From assembly GCA_976551045.1 (NCBI GenBank), contig CDPCPM010000037.1:15004001-15068000 (forward strand): DNA of 64,000 nt, in the 5' to 3' direction. The stretch comes from Glaucostegus cemiculus (lineage: Eukaryota). A program made the translations under genes and the position numbers. This document shows, piece after piece, positions 12,701-24,700 of the stretch; position 1 is the first letter of the stretch, and the number at the start of each line of letters is the position of its first letter. The notes beneath the pieces were generated by a model. That model was not told where the DNA came from and searched no databases. It saw only the letters and a list, made by a program, of their open reading frames with translations.

Positions 12701-15700
12701 AAGAGATTTTCTTTGTAAACCAACAGCATGCAATTGCAAATTTAAGTTTAGCAAGTGCACTCTCTTTGTTTAAACAAACTTAACAGAAACAGCATAGATC
12801 TCTGCTGTGTTTTAAAATAGTAAACTCTCAAGCTATGCATACTTGCAGTAGAAGGCAAGAGGACAAAGAAATGCATCTGGAAGCAATTATCTAAAGTTCA
12901 CTTACAACCATGATACTTGCCATAAACAAATGATTTCAGACAAACAGCTGACTTACATTTTGGTTGCTGATGCAAAGTTTATTTTTGAACAGTAGTACCC
13001 AGAATTATCCACAAGTAGTCCTTCTCTTAAACATGAGGTCATTAGGAAATTGGATGAAATAAGATACACTGGCAATTTGGAGGGTAACAGTGGAATGATG
13101 GTGTCTAAGAATAAATTCTAAATAAGTAACTAAAATCACCAAGGTATCCCAAAGCTATTTAAAAACTGATCATTAACCTTGACCAATTAACTTCACAGGA
13201 TTTCTATAATTTCTGAGCACGTCACATGAGAAAAGATGAAGCAAGTTTGGTTTTAGATTGCTGCTTCATTATTTGCGATTGCCCTTCCAAAAGATAGTGT
13301 AGAATCAGATTACATCTGACAGCGTCTCTTTTGCATTATGTTTACAAATGGCATAAATATTCTGTAAAACAGCAGCCAAAAACACAATTGAGCTTGCTGC
13401 ATTGTGGTTAAGCTGAAGTTCATTTATTCCCCAAGTAGATTGAGCACAGCAAAGTCTCCACGTGTGCAGATGCTTAGGGTCATCTCGGACCAAATACAAG
13501 TTAACAGCATTTTTTAAAAATAAAATACAAATGCCTCTACAAAATGCAGAAACACATCATTATAGGCTCTTGTGTTGTTTCACACCCCTAACAATTTCCA
13601 GATGCAGGGCATACCATTGGAAGCTCCTGACCAGAAGAGACAAGATGGAAAATATGCTGTTATCCTGGACTCCACAGAAACCTTAATTAGGATGACAAAA
13701 ATGGTTCTGCTTTCCCATTCTTTTAGGAGTGACCAAATGAGTAATCTGTGTGCAGTTTGGAAAAAAGTTCTAATACTTAAAACTTCCAATGTATTATAAA
13801 GTACACCTTAGCTCCAAGATCAGACTGGAAACAGGTAAAGTGAACGTTCACCAGCCTTCAACTTTTCCTACTTACAGTTTAGTAAGTAGTAGCACCAAAT
13901 TAGAACTATGAACTGGCCTGCGAGTACTGCATATCTGTGGTTTTCAGAATATATTCACTTGTAGGTCTGATCACAAAATTATAGGAAATTATGATACCAC
14001 AAAAATGCAAGAAAACAGAGCAGTTCATCTGGTCATTTTTGGATGTAATCTTCTTGTATCCATTTGATATTTGCCTCTGCCCCACCATGATGATGGGCAG
14101 TCCACTGTTCCCAGCTGGTAACCACCTAGTATCTGAACATTTACTGAAAATTATGCAGAGTTTGCAGATGAGCAACTACATGAGAGTGGTGGAAGATAAA
14201 AATCAATTCCTCCAGCAATCAATGTCTCTTTCTCACTGTAAACAGGAAAACTGTTTACACAAGAATAACAGCATATGCCTTTAAACCTACTTTAGCAGTA
14301 AAACCTCAATTGGCAGCCATTGAATTTCCCTCCACCTTCAACATTCCCCTCAAATTTGTCTCACAAGAAAATGTTGAACAAACTAGGCTCATGTCTTGTC
14401 AGAGTTCAGAAGTATGCAAGGACAGTTGATGGAAACATAAAAGACCTTGAGGAGTCTTGGCAATATGGACATGGAGAGCATGCTTCTGCTGGTAGAAGCG
14501 CAAATCAGGATTAACTGTTTAAAAATAAAGTGGCTACCTCTTCAAGACAGATGAGGTGAAATTTTTCCTCAGGGTTACACATTTTCAGAACTCCCAAAGG
14601 ACTATTGGGAGCAGAGTCTTTGACTGTTTTTTTTTAAGGCCAGGATAGATTCTTGATAAGCAACGGGTGAGAGGTTACCATGGGCAGACAGAAATCCAGA
14701 CTTGAGGTTACAATCACATTAGCCATGATCTCATTGAATGTGGGAGCGGGCTTTGAATCAGCTTCAAATTCATATATGACTCAAAAAATGTTTCCAGCAG
14801 ACGTTAGAGGATTTCTGGGACCTCTCCACTGTCTACTTCCAAAGCAGAGTTGACATCTTATCTATCAACAGGTGGTACTTATACCAAGATTCCCTCCAGA
14901 ATCTATACCAAGATTCTGGAGGGACTTCTGGAAGTCCCTCCAGAAGATAGTTAGGGCTGCGGAGTGGATCATAGGTGTCTCGCTTCCATCCCTCGCAGAC
15001 ATATACAAAGACCGTTGTGTGAGGAAGACCAAAAGCATAAATGGCCGACCCTTCTCACCCCTCCCACCACCTCTTCACAATTTTGCCATCAGGGAGGAGG
15101 CTTAAATGTATCAGGGCAAGAACGACCAGGCTGAACAATAGCTTCTTTCCGCAAGCCATCAGAACTGCAAACTCTCTCATCCCTCCATCTTCCTTTGTTA
15201 ACACTAAGAGATACTAGGTGCACAGAAATGCACCAGCACTTTAAATGCCCAACACCAGCCCGTTCACTTTAAGAACTATTTATTTATTTACCGGCCATTT
15301 TTAATTTAATCTGCGCATTAATTTAATTTTAACTTCCGTAGTTTTTAATGTTTAATGTTTTTTAATGTTTATTCTGTCAAGTGTGTATGTGTGTCTCTGT
15401 TGGTTGTTATTTTATGGGACGAGCACCTGAGGAAGACGGTATCTCACTCCTATGCATACTATGTATGTATATGGTTGTGACAATAAAACTGATTCTGATT
15501 CTGAAGATTCCAATGTGAAAAGAAGATCATAGCAAGTTAGAAGAAAACATTTATCGTTACCCGAGCTATTTCTTACCTGTACTAGAAGCCAATCAATCAA
15601 TTTGCTTGCTGGCACCACAGACTTGTATGTCTTCAAATGGTGATCTCGGTCTCTAAATTTAAAAATAAATTTGCTTATAAATATTGGCAGTGTAACTGAA

Positions 15701-18700
15701 ATTATTGAACTAAGTTCAAAAGTACTTGAACTCATTATGTACAAGATGTAACTATTCACCTCGCATTGACATAAAAAACAAGCAATTTAGAACTTAACAG
15801 CAAATGTCAATAGATGCACTAAAAGAATGGACTGTTATGTCAATGAAAGATAAAGTTCTCAAGAAACCCAAGATCCGCAGTCCTGTAAAATCTCTTGCGT
15901 GCTTTTCATGCTTGCAAAAAATCTATCCCAACGAAACTTAAGCGTTAGGTCCAATCTACAAGATCCTTTTGGGGAACTTGAGTACTATTCAAAAGTGCAG
16001 AGCCATCACTGCCAAATCTCTGTTTCTCAGCAGAACTAAAAAAGTTTGCTTTCGATGGGAAAAAGAATTTACAGTAATGTCAATAGTGGACCAGTAATAG
16101 TCACCTCTTCCGTCTTCAACACAATTGGTGAAGAGTGGCCACAACATATAATGTACGCTTTAGTCAGAAACAAGCAGTGTATCTAAAGTGCCTTATGTCT
16201 GCTCAGTCCTAACTAATTATGCTGTTACTTTACTGTAATCAGGATTAATACCAGATGCTTTCTCTCAAACTGTTCCAACACTTATAACAATTATAAAAAT
16301 CAATGCTTATTAAAGAATGAAAATAATCCATGCATGTGAAAATTGGACAGGAAATTAGATACACCGTCATTAGATAAAGTCTTGAGCAACATTAGACCTA
16401 TAAACTGTTGAAGAACAATGTTTGAGTACTGTAACCTTAACAAAAACGATAGGTAGCACAGTGAATTAGCTGTGATAAGTAGTTGGAATAATATCATTTA
16501 ACTGCTTGCAAAAAAAATCAGCTGGAGGAACTCTGTGGGTCTCGCAACATCTGTGGAGGGAAGTGGATGGCTGACATTCCAGGTTGAGACCTTTGATCTG
16601 AACTGAAAGAGAAAAGGGGAGATGGCCTGAATAAAGAGGTGAGAGGGAGGGGTGAGGCAATATCTGGCAAGACGTAGGTGGGTCCAGGTGAGGAGGAATT
16701 GATGGACAAATCAACCCCTCCCTCAGCTGGATCCACCTATGGCTTGCTGGCATTTGCCCACCCCTCTACGCTTTATACTGTCCATCTCCCCTCTGTTTTT
16801 TCAGTCCTGATGAAGGGTCTCGACCCAGAACGTCAATTGTCCGGTTCCCTCCACGGTTGCTGTGGAGGGAATCATACATAATGACAATCATACATTCACT
16901 CAGCCTTATCCCTCCATGACATTAAAAGAGAAATAAAACACAACTCACTTTACCACTGGCGTGAAGAGGCAGTGTAATCGACAGTACAACCTTATGCCCT
17001 GTCAAGAGGAAAAAAAAATCCTGAAAAACTTTAGCATTATGTCACTTAAAGTGTACACCCTTCATCCAAGATGAGCCAGTGGACCAATTCAAGTCACTCT
17101 CCACATCACATGCGATCAGAATTGGCTAAGTAACCCAAATTGAACAGAATGCATTTAGGGTAATGGAGTAGTACCTTAGATAAAATGTCTTCCATCTCAC
17201 TTCTGGGTTTGTAGGTTCCATCATCATACCGAAACCTGTAGAGTACCATCTCATTTTTGAAATGGTGTTTGTCTGAAACTGAAACATGAAAATATCCATT
17301 AGAGAAGCCAGGACTAGGATACTGTCTTTGACCCATTAATTCTAAAATAACTTTCAACCTTAACTGCCATCTTACGAAGGCTGCTAAGTTCTTGGTAGTA
17401 CTCAACAAATTTTGATAGATACAAAACTTGCCATGCTCTTCCCCCTTTCCAACCCACACCCCACCACCACATAAAAAATTATAACTTGACAACATGAAGT
17501 GAGAGGTGATGGGTTTTAATTGGAACAATGAGGAGGCTGCTTACTGCTCACATAATTAGAGTTCTAATGGATTAATGAAGCCAAGGGATCCAAGGGCACA
17601 CACAGACTTGTGGCAGATACTACTGAGGCTTTTGAAAAGAACAGACCAAGTGCAATGTTTTATTTCTAGAGGAACAGAGTTAAAAACGGAAGTTTGTTAA
17701 ACTTCTATGGAAGCTTGGTTAAACCACATTCGGAACACTGTAAAATGCTGCTCTGCATACAAGGTGCAAAATATAGAAGAACTGGAGGTGGTGCAATAAG
17801 GTTTCAAAAAGGAGAAGTACAAAACAGAGAACTGACTCAGGCTGAGATTTTTCACTCTGGAAAAGCAGAAGACAAGGACTGAAATATTCAATATCTCTGA
17901 AATATTATGGAGAGGGTTGAAAACAATATAAATATTTCCATTATGGGGGTCCAAAATGAGAAGACATTAACTCAAGGTAGACACTGATAAGTCCAATAGG
18001 AACTCAGGAAAAACTTCTGTTCAAAGAGCGACAACAATATTTTGCACATTCCCCCATGAGCAATCGAGATGAAAAGTACACACTTAAGTAGGAGCAAAGG
18101 AAGCACATGAAATAATGGGACTTGGTGCTGGTTTGGTTTTAACTTAGCTGGAGACAGCTTGTGTGGAACCTAAAAGCCAGAAATGACTAGTTGAGCTCAA
18201 TGAATATCATTTCAAAATATACTTCATAAGATATTCAAAAGTATGTTATCCAGAATGTTTACACCAATATCTTCATAGCAGGTTAATTCATTCCCCTGAT
18301 TTAACATATCATCTGTTATCATTTTCACACAATTTAAAAGCAAACATTCACAGCGTAGTAAAAGATTTCAACCAACATCTATGCAATGGCTTTTAAAGAA
18401 TTAAGTTATATAACAGTTTATATTTGTTAACTATAAATATTAAGTGCATCCATGAACCTTGTTTTTTCTGATTCAGATCAGTCAAGATCTCAATGAAGAC
18501 CAGTTCAAGCTTGCAGTACAACCAACTCCAGTTCCCTTACAGCCACATGAACAAGGTCATCCATCATGCAGGGATGCACAACCACCAAACTAAATAGGAT
18601 ATACTAAAACATGTTGTAACTGAAACCTAGAGATTCATGAGAAACAGCAGGTCAAGAACAACCAAAATTGCACTTCATAATCTGCAACCTACTGGTGTTC

Positions 18701-21700
18701 ATCTCTCATTCTAGCATCATCATCAAGCCAGGAACATGGCTCACTAAGATGCAGATGGGAACGCGTCAGGCAAACAATCATCTCTACCCAAAGAGGGAAA
18801 GTAACATCACAGGAACCATATGCAAGCTACAAAGGTAGAAATGCATGTAATAGAAGACTAGCACAACTGCACAGCTTTGAACTAGTGTTACACCTAATCA
18901 TGAACAGTGAAGGACAGTCAATCAATAAACACCAATAAAACCCTGCATTAATATCAACATTTTGGGACAGAGCAGAACCACATACAAGTCCAAATAATAA
19001 GGCTGAAGCACTTGAAATCAAATGATTTTGGACAATCAGAGGGTTATTCTATCACAAAACCAATTTTGTAACCATTTATTTCAATCTACATGATCTGATG
19101 TATTGGAAACAATAGAAGCTATGGCCCTCAACAAGATACCAGCTGCAGCCCTGTAAAAGGTATGACAGTCAACAAGCAATGGCTAACATTTAAAGAGTTA
19201 GCGTTTACAACAAATACATACACCAAAGGACAAAAATCAAACAGAAGAAATGGAGCACATCTGGCTACCATGAGATTAAAGTGTTACATCAAAGGAAAAG
19301 GCTAATAACATTGTCAAAATAAAAACAGTAACACTGAGGATTGGAAAAAAAATCAGAACTTCAAAAGGAATTGAAAAGGAAAAAGAAAGCAGAATACAAG
19401 AGCAGTCTAGCAAGGAACAAAAAGAGGCAGGGAGCTACTATGATTAGCTGAAAGGGAAAAGACTGCCATAAGTTAATATGGATCCCTAACACTAGAGAAG
19501 TTACACAGATAAAGTACCTGCAGAGAAATTAAGGACCCATGTTTTGTGCCAGTCTTCATGCAAATCATGTTTGACAAATTCCTTCACTTTTTTTTGAGCA
19601 ACCAGCAGAATGGATAAGGGGAAAGCAGTTGATTTGGTTTACTTAGGTTTAAAGAAGGCCTTTAATGAGATGCCACAAAACAAGATTGTGCCACACAGCT
19701 TTGGAGGTAAAATACTGGTGTGGATTGAGAACAGTCAGAAAACATTTGGAATAAATGGGTCATTTTCAGTTTGGGAGACTGACCAGTGGAATGTCAAAGA
19801 GATTGTCCCAAGGAACCGGCAGTTCACAATTTCTATCAGTAATTTGCATCAGAGGATTAAGACATCCTTCTGTCACGTGTACATTAAAACATAGTGAAAT
19901 GCATCTTTGCGCAGACTGTTCTGGGGACAGCCCGCAAGTGTCGCCACGCTTCTGGCATCAACATAACATGCCCACAACTTCCTAACCCTTACGTCTTTGG
20001 AATGTGGAGGAAACCGGAGCACCCGGAGGAAACCCACACAGACACGGGTAGAATGTACAAACTCCTCACAGACAGCAGCTGGAATTGAACCCGGGTCACT
20101 GGCACTGCACTATCGTGCCTGCCACACCAGGTGTGACGTATCCAAGTTTCCTGGTAATACAAAATGAATTGACTGTGTGGACTGTGAAGAGCATACAGAG
20201 GGGCTAAGAGAATGAGTGAGTGCACTACACGTGGATTTTTCAAAAAATGTTAATCTCACCCACTTTTGTTACTAAAATTACAAAGACAGAAGTTTTTAAA
20301 ATGGAGAGATTGAAGTGTGCTGTGTTCAGAGGGACCTGGTGTTGTATACTAATCAAAGTTAACATGCTGGGAAAACAAGCAATTAGGAAAGCAAATGGTA
20401 CCTTGGCCTTTATTTCAAGGTGTATTTAAATACAGAAATGGAGACATCTAGCTCAAATTATACAGGGCCTGGTGAGATCGCATCGAGAAAGTGGATAGGT
20501 CTGATTTACCTACCCAAGGATGGATACACTTGCATACAGTGAAGGTTCAGCACATTGATTCCCGTTTGTCATACAAGGAGAGATTATGCAGACTTATCTC
20601 CCCAAATTTTGAAAAACAAGTGGAGAACTCTTTGAAGCACACAAAATTCTGTGCGGCTCTACAGGGATGATATTTTCCCTGGCAGGGGTATCTATGCTCT
20701 GAGATCAAAATCCCTCTGAAAGAGAGCTGGCACCAAATGGCCTCCTTTTTGTTGTAGCCATTCAAGACCCACCATCCAGGACAGAGGTAGAAGGAAACAT
20801 CTTCACTCAGAGGTGAGTGAATCTTTGGGAGTTTCTACCCAAGGCAGACAGAGGTTCAGCCACCAAGTAAACCCAAGACACAAATCTAAAGGTTTTTAGA
20901 TATTACCTAATCAAAGATTGGTGTCAGTGAAGAAAACTGCCGACGAGCCACGATCTCATTGAATGGCAGAATTGGCTTGAGAGGCTCAGTGATCTACTCC
21001 TGCTAGTATTTCTTATGTTTTATGCTCCTAAGGTCAGAAATGGGAATGCTTACTGATCAATGCACAATTTATTTCATTCATAACTTCTCAGGAAATAAAG
21101 CAGTCATTGCCTGCATGCAGCAAGGTGTGGACCATGCTTGGGCATGGATTGTTAAATAGCCTTTAACATGATGACAGAAACAGTTGTGTATTTGTCCATT
21201 TACATACTGTTGTCTCCACTGACCAGAAAATTGGAACAGGCACATAAGTATAAAGACTACAAAACCAGGTGAAGGATTGGTATCCAACAGACTGTAACTT
21301 GCCACCACCCACAAAGCAAGTCAGGAGCATAGAGGACTTCCCTACAATTGCCAGATGAATGCAATCCCAACATAAGCAGCTCAACAACATCCCATTCCAA
21401 GCAATCCCTCTGACTGGCATGCACAACTTCATTCACAAGGGAAATTCAGATCTGGACACAAATGCTCACCTTGGCAGCAAAGTTGACTCTGCAGTTAAAG
21501 CAATAGAATTAAATCATCATGGATCCTGGAATCAAAGTCTAATTTCATTACAATTGAATGGTTTCCACTATTGCTCACTTTTACTGCCAAGCTATGGCTT
21601 TTTAGGTTTGTCCCAGCAGTCCTATTAATAATTCATTGCTATTCCGTAACATTAGCTTGTAGTTCTTGTCTTTTCATTCCACTGCTGCAGTAATCCAATA

Positions 21701-24700
21701 TTTGAAGGAGACAAGTGTGTAATAATTCAGAACATCTGGGAGACAGCCAGGGCAAAAGATACAACTTGTAGATCTTTGAAGGATCTCTTTTCCCCATTAA
21801 AGTTAGCTCCAATTTAATCTTCAAGCCAATGTCTCAGCGGGGAAAGTGATCCCATGTGGATCAACAGTCACCAGTTCCATCAGTCTGTGGGGTTTGAGCT
21901 GGTTCAACTTCACTAGTCATCTTATCCACAATTGATGATCCACATGCAAATTGTTTGGTAACGTAGCTTGGAGTTTCCACAGAATGAAGGTTTAAACTAG
22001 TTTGGAAGTGGCATAGTAACTGAGCTGCAGTTTTAGAAAAGACGATCATTAAAACTGGGTGCAAAAGGCAGAGATTTAGTACATGAGCATAGAAGACAAA
22101 TAAACAATTGTTGGAAAAAAACAAAAAAATTGGCAGTGCTTATTGTTGATGATATAATGAAAGGTGTATTTTAAATTAAGGCAACATACTGGTGTGGAAA
22201 TTTGATGTCAATCCGTGCCATGACTGAAACATAGTTAAAAAGATGGGCTGGGATGGCCACTTGACATTAAATTCAACTCGAGCATTTACATTTGTAAGGC
22301 AGCACGCAACGAGTTTACATAGTGCTTGTCGCAGGTTTGATAATACATTGGTGATTACTCTGAATGTAGTGCCCATGAGTGATTGTCAATCATGCCAAAA
22401 TTGAAAGTGAATCGCTAGTGAGAAAAGTCTTAGGTTGCATTAAAAGGTATTAATGAGCTAATTCAATAGCAGAAAAATGCCAAATGATATTCAGTCTGGA
22501 AATCTGCAAGGTACTGCACTTGAGGGGGAAAAAGGTAAAACACATAATAACTGGCAGACACAGAAATATAGAAGAGTGAAGTGGTCTGGGAGAGCAGGGA
22601 CACAGATCCCTGAAGGCAGTGAGACAGGTCAATCAGATGTTTGTTTTTTTAAAAAAAGGTAGTATATAGTATACCAGAATAAAAAGCAGTGTGATTAAGT
22701 CAGAATTGTATTACCCCAGATCAACCACATCTAGAGAATTATATTGTTCACTGTACCACAACAAGGATGTGATAACATTATATTGTGTAGAAGAAATTTA
22801 TGAAAATGTTGCCAGGTCTCAAAATTACTGTTAAGAAAAGACTCATTAAATTGACTTGAGTTTACTTTGAAGCAACAGAAACAAAAAGGAAATTTAAATG
22901 AAGTGCATAAAATTATAGAGAGGCTTAAATAGGGTTATCGACCACTACCAATTTTCCTTGGCAAAGGGGTCAAGTTGGTAGGATTACAAGAGGGTATTTG
23001 AGCGGGAAAAGTAAGAAAATCAGAGAAGTTGTGGAGATTTGGAGATCACCATTTTAAATGGTGGTAGAGGCAGACACCATGTTTGGATGAGCTCCTGAAT
23101 AGCCATATTCTACAAGACCACTGAAAGTGAGAGTAATTTAGCAAGCTCCATTTTTAGCTCATCTGATCTGAATGGACCTGCTCCAGAAATGCTGTTTCTA
23201 CTGTGGATGTTAGCACACAGACTTCCGAAACAAAGATCTCAGTGTTATTCGGCTCTTTTCATGGACAATCACATCATTAAGATTTGATACAGTAAGTCAT
23301 TGCTTTTAACTAGAGGTCATACAACAATTGGTCCAATAATACATTCAGTACAAAATGAAGGACAGCTTACTCCGGTGCAGCATTGAAGCTCTGTTGATGT
23401 ATTAATGCACAACTTTCCAGGAAGATCTATTCAAAAAGATCTCCCAGGTTGATGCAGAAGATCTCCTGGCACCATTTTGAAGAGTAGAGCTATATTTCTG
23501 AACCAGACTATCTGGTCATATTAATGATTACATTGCTACTCAGAGTTTGCTCAGCCCAAATTGACAGTTGTTTTTCCAAACAGTGACTACTTTGCATTAA
23601 TATTTCATTTTTTGCTGAGCACTGCTGGATGTCCCGAGTTGTTGAAAAGTGTTGTTTCAATTCCCATTTCTTCTTCAATCTTGAAAATCTCTCTCAAGTC
23701 ATCCTTCAGCAAATTCAACCTGAAATTTGCATTTCCCATTTCCAATACGAATATACAACAAAACCTAATATGTATCATTTCAAAATTTAAAGTAGAAAAC
23801 TACTTTACAGTAGCTACCATCTGTATCAACAATTGTTGCACAATATCTCTGTATGAAACTATAAACACTAAATAGCTAAAAATAAAAGCAGGCAAAGCAA
23901 AACATCAAGGACTAGAAATGTGATGACCGATTAGGACTCTGGGTGGGAAATCCTCAATATTCCTTGATTAACCAAGTTTAATTTTTCATTCTTCACCTGC
24001 AAAATATGCAGCTGTCATCTGCTACTCAGAAAAAACTAAAAATGTACAATGCACCAGATTCAGTTTGAACTCCGGTAGTCATTGTCCTTTAAATGTTTTT
24101 TTGAAATCAATGGAAAATAAAATTAAGTGGTAAGCAGAGTGTAAAATGGAAGGGCAATTAAACAAGACAATTTTCTAGCAGGTAGTCAAGATAAAATTTT
24201 ACCATATTGCCAGTGCTCCAGTCATGTGATCCTGCTTTGTACAAAGATGTTCATTGGGGGAGGGGGAGGGGAATTTCAATAGCCCATATGCACATTGTGC
24301 AAGTCACTGTTAACTGCACTGAGAAACAAATGGTGATCTATCTGATAAAGAGTAAAACACCAGATATATATACACCATAAGACAATATGGTGTGATCAAA
24401 GTTATCTTGTTGCAATATAGTGCATGGTCATGTTCCATATCATGAAGAACATGATTTGTTAAAAAAAATGCAGATAAATTAAATGAATCTGACAACGGAT
24501 GTTAATAAACTTCATCTTTAGGTGCAGCCCTGTTCACACCAGTTGCCAGAAAATGTATTCATTCATTTGAGATGGATGATTTCATGGCTCATCATTGACA
24601 GCTGCCTCAGATCTAGAAGGAAGAAAGTACAGCCTTCCTTTTCAGTGTATGTTCCAAGATTGCCTGAATATACTCACCATGATGAATAATGCCATTCTCA

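Noticed and set aside
20070-20130. tRNA-like B-box as a tRNA gene
   Set aside because: It is the head of a V-SINE and has no complete cloverleaf.
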